Virus record (IMG/VR): IMGVR_UViG_3300047409_000613 | Span: 1-52,110 of that record | Length of the DNA: 52,110 nucleotides | Direction: 5' to 3' (one strand) | DNA from: a virus | Lineage: Duplodnaviria > Caudoviricetes | Shown here: positions 17,926 through 26,581 of the stretch, one piece after another | How positions within the stretch are numbered: position 1 is the stretch's first letter | Layout: each line of letters opens with the position of its first letter | Translations under genes and position numbers: made by a program | Notes under the pieces: model-generated | Seen by the model: only the letters and a program-made list of their open reading frames with translations | Databases searched by the model: none | Told to the model about the DNA's origin: nothing

Positions 17926-18866
17926 TCGGCAAGCCCGTCTTCCGGCGCCAGGAGTTCGATACCGCGACGCTCGAGCTCGGCGGCGCGCCGATCGCGCTCT
18001 CGGCCTATGCGACCACGGGCCTCCGGATCGTCTGCGTCGGCCCGAGCGGCGCCGGCAAGACCAACGCCGGGCTCCTCATCGCCGAGCAGCTCGCGACGCA
18101 GGGCTGGATCTCCGTGCTGTTCGATCGCGAGGGCGACATCGGCGCGCTCTACGAACCCATGCGCGACGTCACGCACTTCGAGAATTACCTGCGCGGCCGC
18201 CATCACCCGATCCTTGTGGTGCCGGTGCGCCACACGGATGACTTCCTCCACTACGGGCGGACGGTCCAGCGCGTCGTCGAGGAGGACCGTCAGCCGGTCT
18301 TCCTGATGGTCGACGAGGGGCAGATGGTCAGCGCGTCCCGGAAGCGGAAGGAATCGATCGGCGAGGCCTCCGACCTGATGAACGATTTCACCGAGCGCGG
18401 GCGCAAACGGTCCCTCGACGTCTTCGTGACGGCGCACCGCTTCAGCGGCACGCTCCATCGCTCGGTCTTCGCGAACAAGAACCTGACCCTGATCGGCCGC
18501 CAGGAAGATCCGACCGCCTGGTCGGCGCTCGCGCCGCAGTTCAAGGGCTCGGCGATCGGCTATCCGGATCTCGCGGCGCTCGCGCCCGGGGAGTTCTTCT
18601 GCTTCGCGCGATCGGGGGTGGAGAAGATCCAGATGCCGATGGCAGATGCGCTCGCCGCGGTCGCCCCGCCGGCGACCGTCGTCCGCCAGGCGCTGCCCAG
18701 CACGTTTTCGCAGTGGGACCGGGCCATGCGCGAGCTGCCGACCGACCGGCTGCAGCGGCTGGACGACGCGGTCACGGGCGTGCTGGCGGCGATCGTCGGG
18801 CTCACGTTTCCGCAACTGGCGGCCGGTCGACGCGCGCGGCGTGAGGAACTGGAGGCCCGGCCGTGA
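17922..18866 (+). CDS. HerA/FtsK-like (DUF87-type) P-loop ATPase
   Basis: Walker A GPSGAGKT, FDREGD, Walker B LMVDEG, RGRKR. Confidence 0.8.
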   Translation: MIGKPVFRRQEFDTATLELGGAPIALSAYATTGLRIVCVGPSGAGKTNAGLLIAEQLATQGWISVLFDREGDIGALYEPMRDVTHFENYLRGRHHPILVVPVRHTDDFLHYGRTVQRVVEEDRQPVFLMVDEGQMVSASRKRKESIGEASDLMNDFTERGRKRSLDVFVTAHRFSGTLHRSVFANKNLTLIGRQEDPTAWSALAPQFKGSAIGYPDLAALAPGEFFCFARSGVEKIQMPMADALAAVAPPATVVRQALPSTFSQWDRAMRELPTDRLQRLDDAVTGVLAAIVGLTFPQLAAGRRARREELEARP

Positions 18867-20746
18867 CCTGGCAGGCCTTCGTCCTCGAGCACGGGTGGCA
18901 CGCGCACGGCGCGCACCTGGCCGCGGTGCTCGAGCAGCCCCTGTTGGCGATCGCGCGCCTGCGCCAATCGGCCAGTTGCCGGCGACTCGCGAAGGCCAAA
19001 ACGTTCGGCGACCTCTTCGCGCTCTGGCGCGGGCGGCCGCCACGCGACGAGGAGTGGCCGGCGCCGCGGAAGATCGGCGGCGGCTATGAGTGGCTGGCGC
19101 CGGAGCTCGCGCTGCTCGCGTCGCTCGTCGGGCGCCTGGGCGCCGCGGAGATTGCGGGCGTCCTGACGACGCGCCTGCGGCGGCTGACCGGCGATCGCCG
19201 CGCGGTCCGGCCGCGCAATGCGATCTGGACCGCCTCCCAGCGCGTCGGCCTCATCGCCACCGACGTCGCCGGCGGGCTCACGGCGCACCAGGCCGGCCGC
19301 GAGATCGGCTGCGTGTCGATCATCTACAACGAGATCCGGCACGGACGGCTGAAGACCGTGCGCGTCGGCCGCCTCCTCGTCATCCCGCGCGACGAGTGGG
19401 CGCGGTGGAAGGGCACGCGGGTCTTCCCCCCGAAGGGCTACGTCCAGCTCTCGCGGCTGAAGCGGCCGCTCGGCATCCGGAGTGACAAGCTCTCGGAGTG
19501 GGCGCGGCTCGGCTACGTGCCGACGGCGATCCGCTGCAACCCGTACGGCGCGCGCGCGGCATCGACGATGTTCGGCACCTGGTGGATTGACCCGAAGATC
19601 GTCACGAAGCTCACCGCCGATCGCCGCGCCGGCCGCGCGATGCCCTGGTGGGGCCAGCCCGAGCCGGGCAACCTGAAGATCACCTGGACGCTCCTGCAGC
19701 AGCGCCAGCATCCCGCGCGGTGTGCCACGTGCCGCGCGATCTGGGGCCCCGCGGGCGCGCCGCGGACGTTCGACGACTACATGCAGCGGTATCCGCCGCT
19801 GGCCTTCGGCGCGAAGCGGCACCTCACGCGCGTGTGGTCGGACGGCCTGTCGGTCAGCGAGCTCGCGCGCGACGTCAACCTCCCCTCGTCGCTGGTGTTG
19901 TCCGCGATCCGGACCGGGGTCCTTCGCGCGACCCGCGTCGCCAGCCGGTATGTCATCACGCGCACCGACGCGACGCGCTGGAAGTTCCGGCGCTGTCCCA
20001 CGGGTCGCGGCCGGCACTGCTGGATGCAGATCAGCGCGGCGCGTCAGACATACGGGTTCAGCCGCGCGGAAATCGCCGCGCACATCAAGGCCGGTCGACT
20101 CACGTCGAAAATCGGCGCGTGCGGTCCGCAGCGGGGTCTTCGGTACGTGCTCCGCCAGCAGATCCGCGAGCTCCGGGAAACCTCGGGTTTCCCCGCCGCG
20201 GACGCCGCCCGGCGACTCGGGATCTCCGTCGCGCGCCTGAAGACGTTCGCGCGGTACGCGGACTGGCGCGATCCGCACCGCTACACCCTCGACGTCATCA
20301 CCACCATCCGGAAGCGAATGGAATCCGAGGCGGGGTTGACGATCGCCCAGGCCGCGCGGAAGCTCCGCAAGTCGGTCCGGTGGGTCGAGCGGGAGATCGC
20401 CAATGGCACCGCGCGGGTGTTGCGGACCCCGTTCAAGACGACGCGGCGCTATATCTCCGGGCCGATGTTCCGACGTCTACAGGCCGCGGTCACCCATCCC
20501 ACCCCCAGGCTGCGCTGGTCGTCGGAATGGCTGCTCGTGAGCGACGCGGCACTGTTGGCCGGCGTCTGCAGCAACACGGTGCAGCGCTGGGCGGATCTGG
20601 GCCAGGTCCGGATCCGCTTCAAGGCGCGCTTCCGTCGCTACCACCGCCGTTCGGTCATCGCGCGCGCGCGGCTGCATTGGACCACTGAACGCCGGCGCGG
20701 GCGCGCCCCCGCCCCCGCCTGGCTGCAGACCCCGGAGGCCGCGTGA
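18863..20746 (+). CDS. Large basic protein with multiple excisionase-like HTH repeats
   Basis: About seven [L/M]xxxxAAxxLG...xG.L-type units. Confidence 0.7.
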   Translation: MTWQAFVLEHGWHAHGAHLAAVLEQPLLAIARLRQSASCRRLAKAKTFGDLFALWRGRPPRDEEWPAPRKIGGGYEWLAPELALLASLVGRLGAAEIAGVLTTRLRRLTGDRRAVRPRNAIWTASQRVGLIATDVAGGLTAHQAGREIGCVSIIYNEIRHGRLKTVRVGRLLVIPRDEWARWKGTRVFPPKGYVQLSRLKRPLGIRSDKLSEWARLGYVPTAIRCNPYGARAASTMFGTWWIDPKIVTKLTADRRAGRAMPWWGQPEPGNLKITWTLLQQRQHPARCATCRAIWGPAGAPRTFDDYMQRYPPLAFGAKRHLTRVWSDGLSVSELARDVNLPSSLVLSAIRTGVLRATRVASRYVITRTDATRWKFRRCPTGRGRHCWMQISAARQTYGFSRAEIAAHIKAGRLTSKIGACGPQRGLRYVLRQQIRELRETSGFPAADAARRLGISVARLKTFARYADWRDPHRYTLDVITTIRKRMESEAGLTIAQAARKLRKSVRWVEREIANGTARVLRTPFKTTRRYISGPMFRRLQAAVTHPTPRLRWSSEWLLVSDAALLAGVCSNTVQRWADLGQVRIRFKARFRRYHRRSVIARARLHWTTERRRGRAPAPAWLQTPEAA

Positions 20747-20991
20747 TGGCCGAGACGCTCATCCGCCTCCTCGCGGACACCAAGAAGCCGGGCGTCTGCT
20801 CGGCCGCGAGTTGCCGCGCGGCGATCGATTGGTACCGCACGCTGAGCGGCGCGAGCATGCCGATGAACCGTGGCGCCGTCCCGCGCACGTCGGAGCCGCT
20901 GGCGGGGCAGACGGTCGGGTTCTTCTCGAGCGAGGACAGCCACTGGGCCTCCTGCGTCGCGCGGGGGCAGTTCGGACGGCACGCCCGATGA
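20743..20991 (+). CDS. Small Cys/His phage protein
   Basis: C..C.A.I.W...MP...SHWASC motif. Confidence 0.6.
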   Translation: MMAETLIRLLADTKKPGVCSAASCRAAIDWYRTLSGASMPMNRGAVPRTSEPLAGQTVGFFSSEDSHWASCVARGQFGRHAR

Positions 20992-21356
20992 GGCATATCA
21001 GCGTCGCGCTCACCACGCGCCAGATCCGGGCCCGGACGAAGACGGTGACACGGCGCCTCGGCTGGACACACCTGCAGCCCGGCACGCTGCTGCAGCCGGT
21101 GAAGAAATCGCGGGGCCTCAAGAAAGGCGAGCGCGTGGAAAAAATCGGCCGCCCGATCCGCGTCGTCCGCGTCTCCCGCGAGCGAGTCTCGGCGCTCCTG
21201 GCCAACGAACCCTACGGCTCCCTGGAAGTCTCCCGCGAGGGCTTCGGGGGCGAACTGACGCCGCGGATGTTTGTCGAGTTCTTCTGCCGGACGCACCGCT
21301 GCCGGCCGTCCACCTACGTCACCCGGATCGAATTCCAGCACCTGGAGACACTATGA
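20988..21356 (+). CDS. ASCH-domain protein
   Basis: IRARTKTVTRR...EGF...FVEFF...VTRIEF. Confidence 0.75.
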   Translation: MRHISVALTTRQIRARTKTVTRRLGWTHLQPGTLLQPVKKSRGLKKGERVEKIGRPIRVVRVSRERVSALLANEPYGSLEVSREGFGGELTPRMFVEFFCRTHRCRPSTYVTRIEFQHLETL

Positions 21357-22084
21357 GCACAGACGCCCTCATCGCCGAAGCCCCGTCGGACGTCCACGTC
21401 GTCGCGCTCACCCCGGCCGAGATGGTGCCCGCGCAGGCCGAGCTCGTCGCCTGGTGCGACCGGAAGATCCGGGCGCTCATCGACGAGGCCGACGAGCTCG
21501 ACCTGCACATGAAGCTGGCGCTCGAGAACGGCTGGAAGACGAGCGTCGTCCACGCGACGATGAACCGCACGGCGCGGCGCATCACCTACTACCAGAAGAT
21601 GCAGGCGGCGCTGCAGGCCGGCTACCTGCTCGTGCCGAACATGCCGGTCGACGTCCTCGCGGTGCGCGTCAAGGGCGCGCGGCCGCGGCAGCAGACGAGC
21701 GGGTACGCCTCGCATCGGTTCACATCGCCCCCCGAGCTGCTCCCGGCCGGCGCGGGCCGCTACGTCGACGAGCAGCCGCGCGAAACGTCCGAGGAGTATG
21801 AGGGCAAGGACTACCAAGGGAAGCCCGAAACGAAGACTCGCTATCTCTCCGCCGAGCACGACGAGGAGGTCGACTTCCCGTTCCAGACCATGAAGCCCGT
21901 CGTGCTCGAGGCCGCGGCCCGCGCGATGGCGCTGAAGATCTTCGACCAGATCGGGCAGGTGCAGAACAGCGGCGGTGAGGATCCGATTCTCGTCGGGCAA
22001 CTCCTCGACCCGCGCGGCTCGCGACACCATCGACGCCTGGTGACGTTCTTCATCGCGTGGTGGGTCGACACCGCGTCGCTCTAA
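21353..22084 (+). CDS. Hypothetical phage protein
   Basis: GGAG SD; coiled-coil N-terminus; FFIAWW C-terminus. Confidence 0.65.
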   Translation: MSTDALIAEAPSDVHVVALTPAEMVPAQAELVAWCDRKIRALIDEADELDLHMKLALENGWKTSVVHATMNRTARRITYYQKMQAALQAGYLLVPNMPVDVLAVRVKGARPRQQTSGYASHRFTSPPELLPAGAGRYVDEQPRETSEEYEGKDYQGKPETKTRYLSAEHDEEVDFPFQTMKPVVLEAAARAMALKIFDQIGQVQNSGGEDPILVGQLLDPRGSRHHRRLVTFFIAWWVDTASL

Positions 22085-22096
22085 GGGCAACCGCCC

Positions 22097-22378
22097 ATGA
22101 CGAAGCGCCAACGGCCAACGAAACTCGCCGCGCGGGTACTCTCGGTCAGCGTCGACAAGGTCCGAGAACTCACCGAGCAGATCGCGCGCCTGGAAGCCGA
22201 CGCCCTCCGGATGGGCGAGTACTGCGCGCGCCAGGACACGGCGCTCGAGGGCCTGATGCGGGCGGTGTTGCAGGAGGCGTGTGACCCCTACGCCCATCCC
22301 ACGTCGATCGCCTGCGCCAGCTTGATCGCGGCCGTCGCCACCGCGAGCCAGGTCCTCCACGGACGGGAGCGCCACTGA
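22097..22378 (+). CDS. Hypothetical coiled-coil protein
   Basis: Last ORF before the second att site. Confidence 0.5.
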   Translation: MTKRQRPTKLAARVLSVSVDKVRELTEQIARLEADALRMGEYCARQDTALEGLMRAVLQEACDPYAHPTSIACASLIAAVATASQVLHGRERH

Positions 22379-22480
22379 ATGGCCACGAAGACGCGGCCGC
22401 GAGCCACCACACCGGCGGCGAACCACTCGAAAACATTCAACAAACGGTGACCGTGCACTAAACTATTGGGGTCGGTTTGC

Positions 22481-22527
22481 GACTGGGGGTCAGGGGGTCG
22501 CTGGTTCGAATCCAGTCATCCCGACCA
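22481..22527 (+). mobile_element. Second att-like core: 3' half of tRNA-Pro(GGG)
   Basis: GACTGGGGGTCAGGGGGTCGCTGGTTCGAATCCAGTCATCCCGACCA (anticodon loop, T-arm, CCA); no 5' half upstream. Confidence 0.88.
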
Positions 22528-22662
22528 TTTTTCGCACGAATCGTTGCCGTAAAATTGCCGAATTCGGCGGCTAGGGTTGCTCTGAACGGCTGGACCATCC
22601 GCGCCAGCCTGCCGCCGATTCTTTCCCACCCATTCCGCGGACGCTGCTTGCGGAGGCAGCCC

Positions 22663-23034
22663 GTGGCGAAGTACTCGGTTCGTATCGTCACCACCTCACC
22701 CGACGGGCCGCCGATCATTTTCGAGGTTCGAAACCTCGCTGAGATCGCCGGGGCATATCAGCGACTCCGGAATGAGGCGCTGGGGCGTGCACACCGGGCC
22801 CAGCAGCGCGCGCGATCGATCGCCGGCGTGACGGCGAAACGCGATGCCCGGCAGCGCGGGGCCGACGGGGACGAGGAGCTGCTCACGGCCTTGAAGGCTC
22901 AACGCGAGAAACACCCCTCGCACTCACTCCGCGCGATTGCCAGCAACCTGGTGTCGCGCTTCGGCAGCCATCATCACAAGAGTCCCGTCGACGCGCTGCG
23001 CAAGCGACTCGCCCGCCTCGAACGCCGAAAGTAG
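22663..23034 (+). CDS. Hypothetical protein with C-terminal HTH-like segment
   Basis: GGAGG SD; SLRAIASNL...DALRKRL. Confidence 0.55.
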   Translation: MAKYSVRIVTTSPDGPPIIFEVRNLAEIAGAYQRLRNEALGRAHRAQQRARSIAGVTAKRDARQRGADGDEELLTALKAQREKHPSHSLRAIASNLVSRFGSHHHKSPVDALRKRLARLERRK

Positions 23035-23081
23035 GACGCGCGCCGCGGTTCTGTCCCATCGCGCGTGCTCTACTCCCACAC

Positions 23082-23309
23082 ATGAGCACGACGGTTCAGA
23101 GCGTCACACCCGACAGCCCCCCCGCTCGCATCCTCCGGCGTCCAGTCGTGATCGATCGCGTTGGCGTGAGCTACTCGACGATCTGGCGCATGTACCGGGC
23201 CGGGCAATTCCCCGCGCCGATTCGGGTTTCGGCCCGGATTGTCGGTTGGCGCGAGCGTGACGTCGACGCCTGGATTGCCGCGCGCGAAGAGCGCCGGAGG
23301 ATCGGGTGA
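23082..23309 (+). CDS. alpA: AlpA-family transcriptional regulator
   Basis: ILRRPVVIDRVGVSYSTIWRMYRAGQFPAPIRVSARIVGWRERDVDAWI. Confidence 0.92.
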   Translation: MSTTVQSVTPDSPPARILRRPVVIDRVGVSYSTIWRMYRAGQFPAPIRVSARIVGWRERDVDAWIAAREERRRIG

Positions 23310-23560
23310 GCGCCGGCGACGACAGCAACCAGGCAGCGGAGCGCGCCGCGATCGCGACGACGTCGCCATGGCTGAACGGCCAGCAGGCAGCAGCCTACGT
23401 GGGGAAGAGCAAGCAATTTCTCTTTCGCGAGATCCACGCCGGCCGGCTGCGCGCGGCTCGTATCGGAGGCCGCGGCGAAATCCTGACGCGCGCCGAATGG
23501 CTCGACGAGTTTGTCCAGGCGCAGGCAATTCCGATCTCGATCAACAGGCGGCGCGCGTAA
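23306..23560 (+). CDS. Excisionase-family HTH protein
   Basis: WLNGQQAAAYVG...IHAGRLRAARIGGR...WLDEF. Confidence 0.85.
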   Translation: MSAGDDSNQAAERAAIATTSPWLNGQQAAAYVGKSKQFLFREIHAGRLRAARIGGRGEILTRAEWLDEFVQAQAIPISINRRRA

Positions 23561-24518
23561 ATGGCCACGCCCAGGCGGCCGTACGTCTCGATTCGGCTCG
23601 GGACGTTCGACGACGCGATCGCCGCCGGCGTCTCGAGCGGCGGCGTGTTACTGCTGGCACGCCTACTGACGCATCGCGACAAGCGCTCGGTCCCTGGGCT
23701 TCTCCGGTCTGGCCTCGCTGGTTTGAGCGAATCACTCGGACAGTCGAAGACGGCGACGCGGCGCGGGCTCATCGAACTCGAACGCGCCCACCTGGTGCGT
23801 CTCGACGCCCCCGCGCGGGTGCTCTATGTGGAGGGCGCGATCGACGCGGATCCCCCGCGGACAGAAAACAGCGTCCGCGGCATGGCGGCCCAGGTGCGCG
23901 AACTGCCGGCGACCTCCCCGGTCACTCTGGCCGTCCGTCGCGCCATCGAGGCCGCGCTCTCGGAAGGCGACAAGGCGTCCGCCTGGCTGGCGACGTGGCG
24001 CGAGCTCGCCGGCCCGGACTCAGGCCCTGACCCAAGCCCTGAGTCAGGGCCTGACCCAGGGCCGGACTCAGGCCCTCACGCGCGCGCGCGTACCACCACC
24101 ACCACCGATCCCGAGATCCGATCCCGAGATCCGAGATCCGAGACCCGCGCGCGCGGCGCTGGCGGGCGAGGGCGGCGCCGGCGACGTCGTCGCGGTGGCG
24201 GCGAAGACCAACGGCACGGGCCTGCGTGAACGCTTCGACGCGTTCTGGCAGGCGTATCCCCGGAAAGTCGCGAAGGATGGCGCGTGGCGCGCCTGGCAGA
24301 AGCGGAAGCCGAGTGCGGAACTGCTGCAGCAGATCGTCGCGGCGCTTGCCTGGCAAGTACACCAGGACACCTGGCTGAAGGACGGCGGCCGCTACATTCC
24401 GCACCCGGCCACGTGGCTCAATGCCGGCCGGTGGCAGGACGAACCGAGCAAGGGCCCGCGGCTGAACGATCGCACGCTCGCGATCGGCCGGGCCGGCGAG
24501 GAGTTTCTCCGATCATGA
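23561..24518 (+). pseudogene. Phage replication initiator split by a frameshift in an internal repeat tract
   Basis: wHTH-like N-part (23561-24229 frame); C-terminal FDAFWQAYPRKVAK...YIPHPATWLNAGRWQDE in another frame. Confidence 0.75.
24016..24143. repeat. Putative origin 2: 5x12-bp iterons plus simple repeats
   Basis: GGACTCAGGCCC-like x5 (24016-24075), (CG)6, (ACC)5, GATCCCGAGATCC x2. Confidence 0.75.
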
Positions 24519-25186
24519 TCGACGCCGACAAGCCGAGGTTCGTGGAGGCCGTCGGCCGTCTCGCGGTCGCGCTGCGCGAGAAGGACCCCGACGTCGTCAC
24601 GCTGCGTGTGTACTTCGACGGGCTGCGGACCCTCGAGATCGAGCTCGTCGACGCCGCCGCGGAGCGACTGATGAGCGCGGCGTGGTTTCCCAAGGTGAGT
24701 GAATGGCGAGCGGCGGCCGCGAAGATCGAAGGCGAGCGCCGCGCGGCGCAACGCGAGCTGTTACGAAAACTCCCGACGCCAATTTGTGACCGGTGCGCCG
24801 ACACGGGCTGGATCGAACTGGGCGCCGGCGAGACGTTCAAGGGCCACACGGCGACGCGGCGCGCGGAACCCTGCGCGTGTCAACAGGCGCGGCGGCTCGA
24901 GCTGCTCGGCCGGCGACACTGGCCCGCGCTCCCGGCCGGTGCGCCGGCGACAGAGGACCGCGCGTTCACGCGAGCCGAGAGCGCGAGGGCCGTCACCGAG
25001 TTCGAACGCGCCCGCGGCGCGCGGCTCGTGAAGACGATGCCAGAGGATCCGCCGAGACGCGCGCGCAGCGCCACGCAACGCGCGTTTGAGATCGTGCTGC
25101 AGGGCATCGCGGCCCAGGTGAAGCGGGTCGCCGCGGCCGAGGCGGTCGTCGCCACGAAGACAGGGACGGACGGCGACCCACGATGA
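24515..25186 (+). CDS. Putative helicase loader/inhibitor-like protein with Zn finger
   Basis: YFDGL...WFPKVSEW and CDRCADTGW...PCAC; directly follows Rep. Confidence 0.55.
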   Translation: MIDADKPRFVEAVGRLAVALREKDPDVVTLRVYFDGLRTLEIELVDAAAERLMSAAWFPKVSEWRAAAAKIEGERRAAQRELLRKLPTPICDRCADTGWIELGAGETFKGHTATRRAEPCACQQARRLELLGRRHWPALPAGAPATEDRAFTRAESARAVTEFERARGARLVKTMPEDPPRRARSATQRAFEIVLQGIAAQVKRVAAAEAVVATKTGTDGDPR

Positions 25187-25413
25187 AGACGGCCGCGACC
25201 GGCGTAGTCGTGCTCTGCGCCGGCCACGTGGTTCGATCGGCGGTCGTCGAACTGCTCGCGGATCTTGAGACCAGAGGCTTCCGGTTCTTCGTCGAGCGCG
25301 GGCGCCTCCTCGTCTCGCCCGCCTCTGAGTTGACGGACTTTGATGATCTCTGTATCCGCGCGAATGTTGACGAGCTGCGCGCCATCGTGCGCGCGTGTGG
25401 AGATCGCCAGTGA
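25183..25413 (+). CDS. TubC-N docking-like small protein
   Basis: LLADLETRGFRFFVERGRLLVSP...IRANVDELRAIV; a pattern often seen near satellite primases. Confidence 0.55.
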   Translation: MKTAATGVVVLCAGHVVRSAVVELLADLETRGFRFFVERGRLLVSPASELTDFDDLCIRANVDELRAIVRACGDRQ

Positions 25414-25760
25414 CGGACCAGGTCCGCACGTCCGGCGATCTTCGCGTGCCGTTCACCACGGCGCTCGACGCGTTCAGCGTGCCGGCAGTCGTGACGCCCC
25501 CCGAGGGCACGCCGATCGAGACGCGCGGGATCTGGGTCAGTCCGACGACCGAGAACAGGCCCGGTTCCATCGACCTGAAGCGCCGCGAACCGACGCGGAT
25601 CCTGGCCCTTCCGCTCGCCGACGTGCCGAGCGTGCCACGTGGAACGGCCATCGTGGCGCCCGAGATGGACGGGCTCGAGGCGCGGCGCTGGCGCGTGGAG
25701 GGGTTCGACCGCCTCGAGGTGGACCACGTCCGCGTCATCGTCGCCGAGGGCGCGCCGTGA
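25410..25760 (+). CDS. Head-tail joining protein paralog
   Basis: About 77/104 residues identical (by-eye count) to 34406-34741; GGAG SD. Confidence 0.8.
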   Translation: MTDQVRTSGDLRVPFTTALDAFSVPAVVTPPEGTPIETRGIWVSPTTENRPGSIDLKRREPTRILALPLADVPSVPRGTAIVAPEMDGLEARRWRVEGFDRLEVDHVRVIVAEGAP

Positions 25761-25897
25761 CGCGGACGTACGACGAGGTGCAGGCCGCGGCGGTGCTCAC
25801 CGTGTGCACGTCGTGCCCGATCTGCATCCGCTGCCGACGTCGATTCGATCGTCGAGATTTCGGGGCCCCCAGCGGTGGCCGCGTCCGCTGCGGTTGA
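25757..25897 (+). CDS. Small Cys-rich protein
   Basis: CTSC..CIRC; GTGA overlap. Confidence 0.35.
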   Translation: MTRTYDEVQAAAVLTVCTSCPICIRCRRRFDRRDFGAPSGGRVRCG

Positions 25898-26014
25898 GCC
25901 TCAAAGGTTCGGAGGCTCCTGTGACTTCTGGGCCCCAGACGGGTGCACGGCAGCGCAGGAATCGTCCACCTTCCAGCTGACATTTAGGGCTAAACCGTAA
26001 CGGGCGGCGCATCG
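25898..26014. other. Putative cos/packaging region
   Basis: Intergenic stretch upstream of terS, where lambda-type cos sites lie; exact site not identifiable. Confidence 0.35.
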
Positions 26015-26581
26015 ATGACGAAGACGAAGGCCAGCGCGCGGCGACGGGCGTCGAAGAAAACCGCGCCCCGAACGCGGTCGAAGCCGCGCGGCCTGTTGAC
26101 GCGCCGGGAGCTCGCGACGCTGCTCGACATGCATCGGCAGACGGTGGTGAAGTGGGAGCAGGAGGGGATGCCGATCGCCGAGCGCGGCTCGCGCGGCCGC
26201 GCGTCGCTCTACCGCGAGGTCGACGTGCGCGCCTGGTTGCAGCTGCGCGCGGAGGCCGCGAAACAGCCGGGCGTCGTCACGGCCCTCCAGGACCGGGCGC
26301 GCAAGGAACGTGCGCAGGCCGCGCTCGCGGAACAGTCGTATCAGATGCGAATGCGTGACCTGCTGCCGCGGGACGAGGTCGAGAAGACGTGGGCCGCCGA
26401 GGTCGCCGCGGTGCGCACGAAGCTGCTCGCGTGGACGACGACGCTGGCCGACCAGGTGCACCGAGTCTCGACGATCGAAGGCCTGCCGGGCGTGGAGCGC
26501 CTGCTCCTGGAAGCGGTGCAGGACGTGTTGCGCGAGCTCACCGATCCCCAGCCACCGGTCCCGGGAGCGCGCGTCGCATGA
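26015..26581 (+). CDS. terS: Terminase small subunit (Nu1-like)
   Basis: LTRRELATLL...VKWEQEGMP wHTH followed by a coiled coil. Confidence 0.88.
   Translation: MTKTKASARRRASKKTAPRTRSKPRGLLTRRELATLLDMHRQTVVKWEQEGMPIAERGSRGRASLYREVDVRAWLQLRAEAAKQPGVVTALQDRARKERAQAALAEQSYQMRMRDLLPRDEVEKTWAAEVAAVRTKLLAWTTTLADQVHRVSTIEGLPGVERLLLEAVQDVLRELTDPQPPVPGARVA

Noticed and set aside
25997-26012. TAACGGGCGGCG resembling lambda cosN
   Set aside because: Short GC-rich match lying only a few bases from the terS start; not enough to call the cut site.
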